From: Octopus vulgaris
Taxonomy: Eukaryota
Assembly (NCBI GenBank): GCA_951406725.2
Contig: OX597828.1
Span: forward strand, 54,188,001 to 54,252,000
DNA length: 64,000 nucleotides
Direction of reading: 5' to 3'
The notes below the pieces were generated by a model that had not been told where the DNA came from, made no database searches, and saw only the letters and a list, made by a program, of their open reading frames with translations. The translations under genes and the position numbers were made by a program. Positions within the stretch are counted from its first letter, which is position 1. Every line of letters starts with the position of its first letter. This document shows, one piece after another, positions 38,149 through 50,186 of the stretch.

Positions 38149-39230
38149 CATATATTCATGTTTGTGAGGGTGGAAAGAAATTAAACAATGTCTTTATTAT
38201 GCAAATCTTTTCTACTTCATTTTTCCTTGATCTATTTATTGGAGGTTTTATTTTTATAATGTTAATGTATTTGTTTTACTGTGAACACCTTTCTCAAGGC
38301 TACAAAGCAACAAAACGTTCTTTTGAATGCATGCCTAAGAACTTACAGATATGGTTATAGAAATATAAACAATGGAAATAGAGATTCTAGGCAACAGGTT
38401 CTTTGTCAGTTCGTGGGATTCTTATTCTTCATCTTCTCTCTCTCTCTCTTCCTTTCTCCCTCTCCCTCTCTTCCTCTTTGTCTCTCTTCTCTATCTATCT
38501 CTCTCTCTCTTCCTTTCTTTCTCTTTTTCTCTGTCTTCAAGACTTTCTTTGAAATGTTTCCATAAGAAGCTTATTTTACAATTCACCAACATCCGCACTT
38601 CGCACTTCGTCATGCTCTACCTTCCTCCCCCACCTTTTTTTTCGTTTCATTTTAATGATTTCTGTTCGCAAAAACTAATAATATATTGTAATTTCTAAAA
38701 TTTGCGGAAGGTAATGCTGTGTGCTTTAACAAAATTAATTTGATAAAAACCAAGAAAAAGAAGAACATTTTATATTGGTATGATCGGACACAATTTTGAA
38801 TGCCATCAGCTCCATCTATGAGAAAAGAAAAGATCACAAATTTACCCAGTTACCTATGACAAATGAAAAAAAACAATGCATTACTCATATCAACACCAAC
38901 TGGTCAATAATTAAATACAACTGTCCTTAGAAAATTTAACGTTGTAATGTCAGCTATGCACAGCAGAAAAATACCATATAATATCGATATAAACCGATTC
39001 TTTAAATAAAAGTTAGACAAACAACGGCTGACAAATATTGTCATGAAATCAAATCCTTCCTGACAATTGTAACAGCAAAATGGAGCTGAATTAATCTATC
39101 AATTTTAATCAACAGAATTGAACAAAAGTTGACCTCGTCACTTCAAGCAGCAATAAAATTTGTTGAGATTGAAGACGTTTCTGCATCATCCTATCCAACA
39201 GTTGCCCCTCCTGCAATTAATTAAACAATA

Positions 39231-39480
39231 ATCATCATCATCGTTTAGCGTCCGTTTTCCATGCTAGCATGGGTTGGACGGTTCAACCGGGGTCTGTGAA
39301 GCAGGGAAGGCTTCATCAGGACCAGTCAGATCTGGCAGAGTTTCTACAGCTGGATGCCCTTCCTAACGCCAACCACTCCGTGAGTGTAGTGGGTGCTTTT
39401 TACGTGCCACCCGCACAGGTGCCAGACAGAGCTGGCAAACGGCCACAAACGGATGGTGCTTTTTATGTGCCACCGGCACG
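39231..39480 (-). mobile_element. RTE-associated 3' tail repeat with (ATG)n end
   Basis: GATGCCCTTCCTAACGCCAACCAC...GCTTTTTACGTGCCACC. The same tail follows RTE coding remnants at 42520-42800 and 45050-45230. Confidence 0.7.
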
Positions 39481-40008
39481 AAAATGGATGTTAAATGAAA
39501 AACCATTCATTAATTGGCTTCGTGGCTTCAGCTACCTGGTTGTTGCCTTGTTGGGACATACCTATGATATCTACTTCAATCTTTCGCTCAGTATTTAATG
39601 ACTGGGGTGCAGGTGGTGAGTGTTCAATACTTGCTGCCATCATTTATGTCTCATGCTGCGATGGAGTTGATTCCGTGATTGCGTGCAGCAGGATATCCAA
39701 ATCTTTTTTGAAAGTGATAACCATTTCCTCCATGTATATCCGTTATATCTTGAAACAGAACACCGAAAATCTGTGGTTCTTTGAAAGCCAGGCTGCTGGA
39801 GAATCTTGTACTCATTCAAAAAGAAAAGAAATTTTGAAATTATGCAATAGTGCCCCAGTTCGGAAGTTCCATAGTTTTCAGCGCCAAAACTTGGCATCGA
39901 TCCATTTACAAGAACTTTTTAGATAAACATCACCAGAATTCCGAGGAATATAAGTCCAAAACTTTCAACTTCTCCAAATAGATCATACATACACGCACAC
40001 ACTCACAC

Positions 40009-40061
<53 letters not shown>

Positions 40062-40149
40062 TCATCATCATCATCAACATCGTCATTTAACATACATTTT
40101 CCATGCTGACATGGGTTGGATGGCTTCTATAGTTAGATGCCCTTTCTAA

Positions 40150-40625
40150 CATCAAACCGGCTTTGTGCAGCTCCCGGCCAACAGTTTTTGTGAAAACTGG
40201 GTTCTAGAGGTGGTCATTTAACTCTGCAGTAATTTTGGGAGCTGTACTTTTGTGATCCTTTCTAACAATTCCCGTAAGAGTCCGAAGGTCCCTATCTGAA
40301 GGTTCCGGTTTTCTTCTGAAGCTTTGTTTCGACAAGGAGGTTTCTCCCACTTTCTCAAAGGCTATCATTATTTTCGAGACACTACTTCTTGATACACCAA
40401 ACATTTCAGCTGTTTTCGTTACGCTAGCACCTGCCATACGAGCACCAACAATCTGACCTCTCTGAAAGTCCGATAGATCTGTCATTTTAATGAATTTTGA
40501 TTACCTTTTTCTGACGATATCGGAAAAGAAACAGCAATTTTAGCAAAACATTTTAAGCAACACTAATAATAAATCAAAAAACATAAAAATAAACAAGCTT
40601 TTGACGGTTTTATAGATATTTCAAA
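40150..40625 (-). mobile_element. Tc1-like transposon 5' part (transposase HTH domains, pseudogenised)
   Basis: ORF 40204-40485 MTDLSDFQRGQIVGARMAGASVTKTAEMFGVSRSSVSKIM...SDRDLRTL...AELN; similarity continues past a stop (NPVFTKTVGRELHKAG). Confidence 0.88.
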
Positions 40626-40671
40626 ATTATGATTTTCTCCGACATTCTATCAATTCTGCCAGCTCACCACC

Positions 40672-40937
<266 letters not shown>

Positions 40938-41239
40938 AACTGAGTGACGGTGTTTTAATCAGTTGTTAAAACTCTGTCTTTTCACAAATCCTTCTTTCTG
41001 ATTTGGTGGCCCTGAACATGTAGAACCTATAATACAACATTGCTTAAAACGTCGTTAGTGAAATAACCTGTCAGACAACTCACTTTTAGATGACGCCCCT
41101 CTCTCTTTCTCTCTCTGTCTCTGTCTGTCTGTCTGTCTGTCTGTCTCTGTCTCTCGCTCTCTCTCTCTCTCTCCATCTCTTCAAAAGAAACTATTTGCCT
41201 AGGATTTACTTGCTTTTCTCATTGTTGTCCTTGATATAG

Positions 41240-41281
<42 letters not shown>

Positions 41282-41335
41282 TCATCATCATCATCATCAT
41301 CGTTTAACGTCCGATGATGATGATGATGATGATGA

Positions 41336-41383
<48 letters not shown>

Positions 41384-41675
41384 CTATATCAAGGACATCT
41401 ATATATATCTATATCTATATATATCTATATCTATATATATATATATATATGTGTTTATGTATAAATAGATACATGCACAGACATCCATACCTATATATAT
41501 ATATGTGTGTGTGTATGTGCTGCATGTGCGTCTATGTGTGTGTGTGTGTGTGTGTGTATGAGTGTATATTGCCTCAACTGCCAATTAGTGCAAATATATG
41601 CACATGCGAGCCTAAATACGTTAGTGTGCATATGTGTGTGTGTGTGTTATTGTTGTTGATGGTGTTCTAATTCCA

Positions 41676-41905
41676 GATGGGTGCGTAAGATAATTAAGGA
41701 CAAAATTAATGTTTATAAAAAAATAGATATATAATAACAAATATTAACTTTATTTAGCAAAAAATCAAGTGGTCCTGGTTCATTTTGGACATTACTCTGA
41801 CTATGGCAGCTTTCAAAGAGACTTTGGTGCTATGGGCGTGTTCATTGACCCCACTCTCAACAAAGCTCCACATGTAGTAAGTCCAATGGATTGAGATCTG
41901 GGGAA
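41676..41905 (-). mobile_element. maT/DD37D-type Tc1-mariner transposase 3' fragment
   Basis: Minus strand SPDLNPLD, frameshift, YYMWSFVES..NEHAHSTKVSLKAAIVRVMSKMNQDHLI. Confidence 0.7.
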
Positions 41906-42164
41906 TTATCCTTGTTGCTTATTTTTATTATGTATATATATATTCAACAATATAAGGAATGGCCATATAGGACATTCGACTCACTGAGTTTTGGCTGCTC
42001 TTTCTAGTGAATCGAATGTCCTATTATGGCCATTCCTTATATTGTTGAATGTATATTATATAGTCTTTGACTATCTTTTCTTTCTCACTTGACCGCTGGT
42101 AGCGGAGAATTTTTTGCTACCCTTATATTTATTAATATATATATATATATATGCTCCACTGGAT

Positions 42165-42803
42165 GTGCAGTGTCGGTGTACATATACAACAGAGTGTTAG
42201 TGTATCAAGAAAAAAGTTAGGCGTTAGATGAATGACATGTAGTGTGCAAGAGAGAAGTGCTGGTTTGGTCGTGTGATGCAGATGGATGTAGACAGCAGCA
42301 TCAACAAGTGCTGGTCACATAAAATGGATGAACCTATTGGTAGAGGGAGACTTAGGAAGATATGGGACAAAGAGCTGAAGGCCAATCTCAAGACATTGTG
42401 CCTTATGTAGGAGATGACAAAGGAGTGAGACATCTAGCACTTTGCTGTACTCAAAATGACCGGCCCACTGAAGCACAATTATTAATGCTCCTGTCCCAGC
42501 TGAAAATGCTTTTGCTTTGAAGTACCCTCATGCCAGTCTGCGTAAAAAGCACCTGAGCTGGTTCGATTAAAATGCACTGTGTCGGGTCCACGTAAAAATG
42601 GCACCTGTGCTGGTGCCACATAAAAAATACCCAGATAGACATTCTGTAAAGTGGTTGGCTTTAGGAAGGGCATCCAGCCATAGCAAACCATGCCAAAGCA
42701 GACAATTGCAGCCTGGTACAGCTCTCTGGTCTGCCAGCTCCTGTCAGGCTGTCTGACCTATGCCAGCATGGAAAATGGACGTTAAATGATGATGATGATG
42801 ATG
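42165..42803 (+). mobile_element. RTE-type LINE 3' end with UTR and (ATG)n tail
   Basis: Decayed WFGRVMQMD...GRGRLRKIWD..LKANL, followed by the GGTTGGCTTTAGGAAGGGCATCC tail. Confidence 0.75.
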
Positions 42804-42839
42804 GTGTATAAATATATGTATGAATGTGTGTGTGTGTGT

Positions 42840-42844
42840 AGATG

Positions 42845-42882
<38 letters not shown>

Positions 42883-43070
42883 TAGATAGATAGACTAACA
42901 GATAGATAGGTAGACAGATAGAGAGACAGACAGATGCATGCATAAACAGACAGACAGACAGATAGCTAGCTAGATAGATAGATAGACAGATAGACTAACA
43001 GATAGAGAGACAGACAACAGACAGACAGACGGACGGACGGATAGAAGGATGGATGGATAGACAGACAGAC

Positions 43071-43125
<55 letters not shown>

Positions 43126-43230
43126 CAGATAGACTAACAGATAGATAGATAGACAGACAGACAAACAGACGGACGGATGGACGGAATGACAGACGGATGG
43201 ATGGACAGACAGACAGATAGATAGATAGAT
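42840..43230. repeat. (AGAT)n/(AGAC)n/(GGAC)n microsatellite
   Basis: Directly visible. Confidence 0.93.
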
Positions 43231-44129
43231 AAATGCACAGACTGACAGAGATGGAGGAAAATGTAAATATGTTTTTATTTAATATTGTACTTTATTCTTT
43301 CTTTTAGCATTAATGCAAACATGTTTGTTGTTGTTGTTGTTGTTTGTTTGTTAGTTTAACTGCAGGGGAGAAGTGCTTGAGAAGGCCTAAGATGGTAAGT
43401 AATTCAGCTGAGACCACAATGGTGCCATGAGAGAGGGCTGAAGAAAAGCCAGTTGCCTCCTCTGAACAAAAGTACAGAGAGAGGGCAATAACCTGTCATT
43501 TCTTCTTATAAGTATGGTGGGCACAATGTGTGGTTTCTTCCTGATTTTGGCCCCTGACGACCAAGAATCCCTTCTGCAAAACTCCACACTCTTAATTTGT
43601 CCCTTTTCTAAAATAAGGTGTAATTTGAGGGAGATTTAGCTATTATGTGTCTGTTAGTGTATATGTTGGTTCGTGTATGTGTGTGTGCGTGTCTGCAAGT
43701 TAATCCATGTGTATGAATCAATTAGAGAATTGTGTGTATGTATGTCAGTCCACATTCTTTTATGTGTGTGTGTGTGTGTATATTTATGTTTGCATGTGTC
43801 TGTCTCTCAATGCATGTGTATACATGTCCCTGCCCATGCATGTGTGCATCTAGCGAGTAGTAACACTCTGTCAGTGCGTGAGTGAGTGTGAGTGTGTGTC
43901 TATGACCTACTTCTTCCTTTCTTTTAATAAAAGGTTAATAACCAACTTTGTGCTAATTTAAAATAAAATGAAAAACAAACTAGAATTCCTCATGTTGAGA
44001 TTGTGTTGATGCTTGGAAGAGAAAAGATTGAAATAAATCTTCCAACTTCAGTATATCACGGGTCTTGGTTTTATAGTCTCGGGAAGAAGATGAAGGAATC
44101 ACCATTCCAATAAACTTTGAAAAAAAAAA

Positions 44130-44452
44130 GGGGTAAAGATCCCCTTCAGTCAAGTATGACCATAGGATTGCACTCCTCTGAAGTACAAGTCTGGGTAAGG
44201 TTATTTATGGAAGACCAGAATTCACCCATGCATGCCAGCCTCCATGCCACCAATGTTATCCAAAGGAAAGGCAAAGGGGCCGATACAGCTTGGCACCAGT
44301 GACGTTGCAACACATTTCTACAGCTGAGTGAACGAGAGTAGCATGAAATGAAGTGACTTGTTCAAGAACACAACACAAAACCCCATCCAGGAATTGAACC
44401 CACTACCTCATGATTGTGAGCCCAATGCTCTAATTACTGAGCCATGCACCTC
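44130..44452 (-). mobile_element. tRNA-derived SINE (family D-like)
   Basis: Minus-strand head GGTGCATGGCTCAGTAATTAGAGC...GGTTCAATTCC. Confidence 0.65.
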
Positions 44453-44612
44453 CACTTTGAACAAGAATGGAAGAAAATGTGGCAAGATCTCAAAATGCTG
44501 AGCCTTACAAGGGATATAAATGAAAACAGAGATATGTGGTGCATTGTTGTACTCAAGAGCACCTGCCCACTGCAACAGGATTGAAATCCTAGAGACCAAC
44601 GTACCATGTTAA

Positions 44613-44833
44613 CCCTTTCATTACCAACCTGGCTGAAACTGGCTCTGGCTCTGAGTACAAATGTCTTGTTTACATCAGTTTTGAATTAAAATCTTCCACC
44701 AAACCTTAGTCCCAATTCATGTTCCTAACACTGGCTGAATGATAACTAAGTTATTTTACTAAATTCTTTGTTATATTCTTAAGTAATTGAAAGAAACACT
44801 GAGCATCTCAAAATAAATACAGTAAAGAAAGGG
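44613..44833. mobile_element. piggyBac-type MITE (TTAA TSD)
   Basis: TTAA|CCCTTTCATTACC...GTAAAGAAAGGG|TTAA; near-identical to the copy at 53712-53932. Confidence 0.85.
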
Positions 44834-45039
44834 TTAAGAGCATTAATGGATATTGGTCCCACATAAAAAGCACTGGTGATGGTGCCATGTAAAAAGCCTC
44901 CAGTACACATTGTTAAGTAGTTGGCATAAGGAAGGGCATCCAACCATAGAAACCAAACCAAAACAGACTAAGGAACCTGATGTGGTCCCTGGCCTTGCCA
45001 GTTCCTGTCAAGCCATCCAACCCATGCTGGCAAGGAAAT

Positions 45040-45690
45040 CATCGTCACCATCATCATTTAATGTCTGTTTTCCAACCTGGTATGGGTTGGATGGTTTGAC
45101 TGACGCTGGCAAGGCCAGGTGCAACATCAGGCTCCATTGTCTGTTCTGGTATGCTCCCTATGGTTAGATGCCCTTCTTAATGCCAACCACTCCTCAGAGG
45201 GTACTGGATGCTTTTTACGTGACACCAGCAACAGGGATTTTAACACGACACCAGCACCGGTATCAATTCTGCTGTGGGGGGAAGGGTTTTCTTGAGTACA
45301 ACCTCAGTCCTTTGTCATCTCCTTTTGTAAGGCTCAGTGTCTTGAGATTGGCCTTCAGTACTTCATCCTATGTTTTCCTGGGTCTCCCTCTTCCACAAGT
45401 TCCATTCACTTTAAGTGATCGGCACTTCTGTATGCAACTTCTACATCTAAATGCATCGCATGACCAAACCAGTGCAGCCTTCTCTTCTGCACTCTGCATA
45501 TAATTCCTTTTATACCCAACTTTTCCCCTCAATACACTAGCGCTCTGTCACACATGTACATTAACATTGCACATCCAGCGGAATATACTAGCTTCATTTC
45601 TCTCTAGCCTTTGTATATCTTCTGCATTTGAGGTCCACATCTCACAACCATGTAGCACTGCTGTTCCTATACATGTGACATGCAACCTTC
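45040..45690 (-). mobile_element. RTE-type LINE 3' end
   Basis: Reverse complement homologous to 42165-42803 (WFGH..., GRGRPRKT). Confidence 0.75.
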
Positions 45691-46016
45691 CTTTCATATA
45701 GACATCAAATAATGATGATGATGATGATGACTGAAAATAAATTACAAGATTTTTCAGACATGTGCAAAGCCTTTGATTTGGTAGAAGAATTTATTGATTG
45801 AAACCTGAATACGAGTATAGCCATTGCTATGTCATTGTTATTAGATCTATAAATGACCTCTGGTAACTTCCTTGATGTAGTTGTCATGGAAATTTCATGA
45901 CACCATAAAAAAGTACTTTCTTGTTATCTTTCTTCAAGTAATTCTCACAAGACACTAAGTTTGCAGATACATAGGTATACACTAGTGATTCTCAACCAAG
46001 ATCTACGTAACATTTT

Positions 46017-46279
46017 TGCAGGAGTGGCTGTGTGGTAAGTAGCTTGCTTACGAACTACATGGTTCCGGGTTCAGTCCCACTGCATGGCACCTTGGGCAAG
46101 TGTCCTCTACTATAGCCTCGGGCTGACCAAAGCCTTGTGAGTGGATTTGGTAGACGGAAACTGAAAGAAGCCCAGTACATATTCTATCAGTCTCTTTTGC
46201 CGAACCGCTAAGTTACGAGGACGTAAACACACCAGCATCAGTTGCCAAGCAATGTTGAGGGGACAAACACAGACACACA

Positions 46280-46321
<42 letters not shown>

Positions 46322-46477
46322 ATGGGCTTCTTTCAGATTCCGTCTACCAAATCCACTCACAAGGATTTGGTCAGCCTGAGGCTATAGTAGAAGACACTTG
46401 CCCAAGGAGCCATGCAGTGGGACTAAACCCGGAACCATGTGGTTGGTAAGCAAGCTATTTACCACACAGCCACTCCT
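46017..46477. mobile_element. Two family A SINEs in inverted orientation
   Basis: Plus-strand head 46017-46173 and minus-strand copy 46175-46477. Confidence 0.85.
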
Positions 46478-47951
46478 ATGCTAACAATTCTGTTAGCTTG
46501 CCACCTTAGACTCAGTAAATATTGAATTCAAATTTTATCACTAGGCCAGAAAGTTTGGGGGACGAGATAAGTTGGTTAGTACTTATTTTATTGACCTCAA
46601 AAGGGTGAAAAGCAATGTTGACCTGAGTAGAACTTGAACTCATAACAAAGATAGATGAAATGCTGTTGATCATTTTGCTCCAGCATGCTAACGTTTCTGC
46701 CAGCTTGCTGCATTAGACTTCTCTTTTACTTGTTTCAGTCATTTGACTGTGGCCATGCTGGAGCACCACCTTTAGTCAAGCAAATCGACCCCAAGACTTA
46801 TTCTTTGTAAGCCTAGTACATATTCTATCGGTCTCTTTTGTCGAACCGCTAAGTTACGGGGACGTAAACACACCAGCATCGGTTGTCAAGCGATGTTGTG
46901 GGGACAAACATACATATATATATATATATAAACATATATACGATGGGCTTCTTTCAGTTTCTGTCTGCCAAATCCACTCACATGGTCGGCCCGAGGCTAT
47001 AGTAGAAGGGGAATAAATATTATCACATTGGCACCAAACCAAAAAGGCTGGAAAAAAGGCCAATATCAACTGAATAGCTGTGGAGTTGAACATTCACTTT
47101 GTAGCCAAGTGATTTCAGGTTCAACCCCACTGTGTGTCAACAAGGGTACTTTTCTACTAAAGCCTAGGGTTAAGCAATACCCTTACTAGATGGAAACAGT
47201 ACAGAAGGATGTTGTATGTGTCTCTGCATTGGCATTTCTAAATCTGTGATGAGGTCTATTTAAGACCCTGAGATAGTTTGACATGAGAAATGCCATTGCA
47301 AATACTTTCATTTCCAATACAAATCTATTCAGAAATGGATTTTATAATAGTTGCAGTATTTCAGAAATAAAAATATTTTATCATAGTACAGACAGATGCT
47401 CAGATTTCAACAATGTCAATATCTAGGTGTTACCCTCATTAAATATTGTCACTTTGAAGTAGTGTTTTTGATAAAGGAAATGTGACATTCTGGCCTTCCA
47501 TACAAAAGTTCACAGAAATAATTTCATGAGACACACATCTAACAGTTGCGTTGAAGATTAATGTATATATTGATGTCATAGATAAAATAGAACAGTATTA
47601 TAATGATCTTAAACCATTGTTACATATCCGCTAGCCTTGACAATAGGTATAACCTCTGACATGCCATTGCAATTTGGCAAAACTCTTGACTGGTAAAAAA
47701 AAAAAAAAACACAGGTAACGTAGTACAATGTACCCTTGTCTAATACTTGGGTTTAAAAATCTGGGAACAGAGCAGCATTTGTCATCATCATCATCACTTT
47801 AACAACCACTGCTCCTTACTAGCAAGAATCAGATGTAAATCACTGATGTATATTTTCTACAGCCCGCAAACTCTCACCTGATATCGCAAGATAAAGTCTC
47901 ACCTTCATCAGACAATTCCACAGAAGCCTGCAAACATGGGATACTATTTCT

Positions 47952-48188
47952 TATTTCTTTATTGCCCAAAAGGGGCTAAACAGAGGGGACAAACAAGGAC
48001 AGACAAACGGATTAAGTCGATTACATCGACTCCAGTGCATAACTGGTACTTAATTTATCGACCTCGAAAGGATGAAAGGCAAAGTTGACCTCGGCGGAAT
48101 TTGAACTTAGAAAGTAGCGGCAGACGAAATACCACTAAGCATTTCGCCCGGAGTGCTAAAGTTTCTGCCAGCTCACCGCCTTTTAGCA
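47952..48188 (-). mobile_element. SINE family B with 12-bp TSD
   Basis: GATACTATTTCT at 47940-47951 and 48189-48200. Confidence 0.88.
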
Positions 48189-49204
48189 GATACTATTTCT
48201 ATGATGGTGATGCTTGTTCATAACTATTGTCAAATCACACATTGACAGGGGCGTCTGGTTGGCCTGGGACTATAGAATATACAAGCCCAAGGTGCTGTGC
48301 AGTGGGACTGAACATAAACTCACAGACTCAGGGAGCAAACTTCAACCAACCAGCTGTCCCCTTCTAAAGGGTATTTACCCAATTCTTTAAGATGTCCCAA
48401 CAAACTTCTTTATTTTCTGTGCATACATCTGTATACTTTAATTTATTTCAGTCATTTGACTGTGGTCATACTGGAGCACTGCCTTAAAAGGTTTTAGTCG
48501 AAGAAATCGACCCCAGGACTTATTCTATTGGTTTCCTTTGCCAAACTGCTGTTATGGGGATGTAAACACACCAACATTGGTTGTCAAGTGGTAGTGGGAG
48601 GGGGGGGAAACAGACACGGCCTAGTAGGTAAGGTGTTAGAAGTCGTGACATAATAGAGGTGGATGTTTCAAATCTCTGCTAAGAAATCAAAATTTAAATG
48701 GCGGTGCCCCAGCATGGCCACAGCTAGTGAGCTGAAACTAGATAAAATAAAAAATAAAATATATATATATATACATACACAATGAGTTTCTTTCAGTTTT
48801 TGCCTACCAAATCTACTCACAAGGCTTTTGTCAGCCTCAGGCCATAGTAGAAGACACTTGCCCGAGGTGCCACACAGTGGGACTGAACCCGGAACCATGT
48901 GGTTGGGAAGCCAGCTTCTTACCACACAGCCATTCCTGTACCTATAGGGATGCCAGCAAAAGAATTCAAAAGGTTTTAGCGACATGACAGCACTTGGTTT
49001 TTAATGAAGGAACTTGAAGTAGATAAAGCTATATATACTGGTGAATTGTAAATATTGGGAGAAAAAAAAAAAAACTTTTGAAAGGTAAAAGTCAGAGGCT
49101 GTTTTACATGTATAGCTTTACCTGCTTTCAGTTACACCATCAAAAAACTATAGGCACACACACACAAATAAAAAATATAATAAAACAAACAGTAATAACC
49201 AAAA

Positions 49205-49741
49205 ACAATTTCTATTTACAATAACTTTATTCACAAAAAAAAAAATTCACTTTCATTTAATATTATACATATCTGAACCATATTTATAAGTTTCGTTTTT
49301 CTTTTTTCCTGTTTTTCCTCAAGAGTAGAGTCACTATCATCATCATTGGCGCCAACTTCATTACCATTTTGAAACATCATAGCAGTTTTAAAAATAACAA
49401 TAACAAAAATACTAGAAGGTAAAACGTTCTGTGAACATCTTACTCCAAGAGTTTCGAGTTACTGTTTAAAACAACTCAACTGTTTATAGTTCCAAAGAGG
49501 AAATCTGAAGAGGATTTCAGCAAAAGAAAGAAAAAAAAAAAGGTGTGGAAGTCATTCAGAATAATTGTGGAACTTTGTGGAAATTTGGAGGAACTGAAGT
49601 GAACTTGTTTGCGAAATGACAAAATGGTTCGGTTTTTTTATGACGGAATGAAGAGGTGTTGAATGGATGATTATAATGTTTGGTAAAGACTAAGGATGCT
49701 GTGTGAGGTCTTGGAGGTTATCTTCATGTCTGAACACTAAC
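49205..49741 (-). other. Candidate terminal exon / 3' UTR with poly(A) signal
   Basis: Minus strand acceptor ttctgctagttttgtag|G at 49741, repeat-free body, AATAAA at 49231-49226, U/GU-rich downstream sequence. Confidence 0.35.
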
Positions 49742-49883
49742 CTACAAAACTAGCAGAATAACAAGGTATTAATAAACCAACAGTTCTTTCTGCAAACCAG
49801 ATCTGACAAGCAGACAGATACAGCTTGATATATATGCGAGTGTGTGTGTGTGTCTATGTATGTGATGTATGTGTACGTGTGTG

Positions 49884-49919
<36 letters not shown>

Positions 49920-50146
49920 CTCTTTTACTTGTTTCAGTCATTTGACTGTGGCTATGCTGGAGCACCACCTTTAGTCGAGCAAATCGAACCCCAGGACTTA
50001 TTCTTTGTAAGCTGAGTACTTATTCTATTGATTGGTCTTTTGCCGAACTGCTAAGTTATAGGAAAGTAAACACACCAGCATCAGTTGTCAAGCGATGCTG
50101 GGGGGAAAAACACAGACATACAGATATATACATATATACAACGGGC

Positions 50147-50186
<40 letters not shown>

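Noticed and set aside
38900-39230. TAAT/TGACA/ACAAAAG-rich enhancer-like stretch (also 24660-24760)
   Set aside because: Short motifs are expected by chance in AT-rich DNA; needs conservation or chromatin data.
39480-39960. Minus-strand exon with AG|gtatgt donor near 39562
   Set aside because: All three frames contain stops between the plausible acceptor and donor; no homology recognised.
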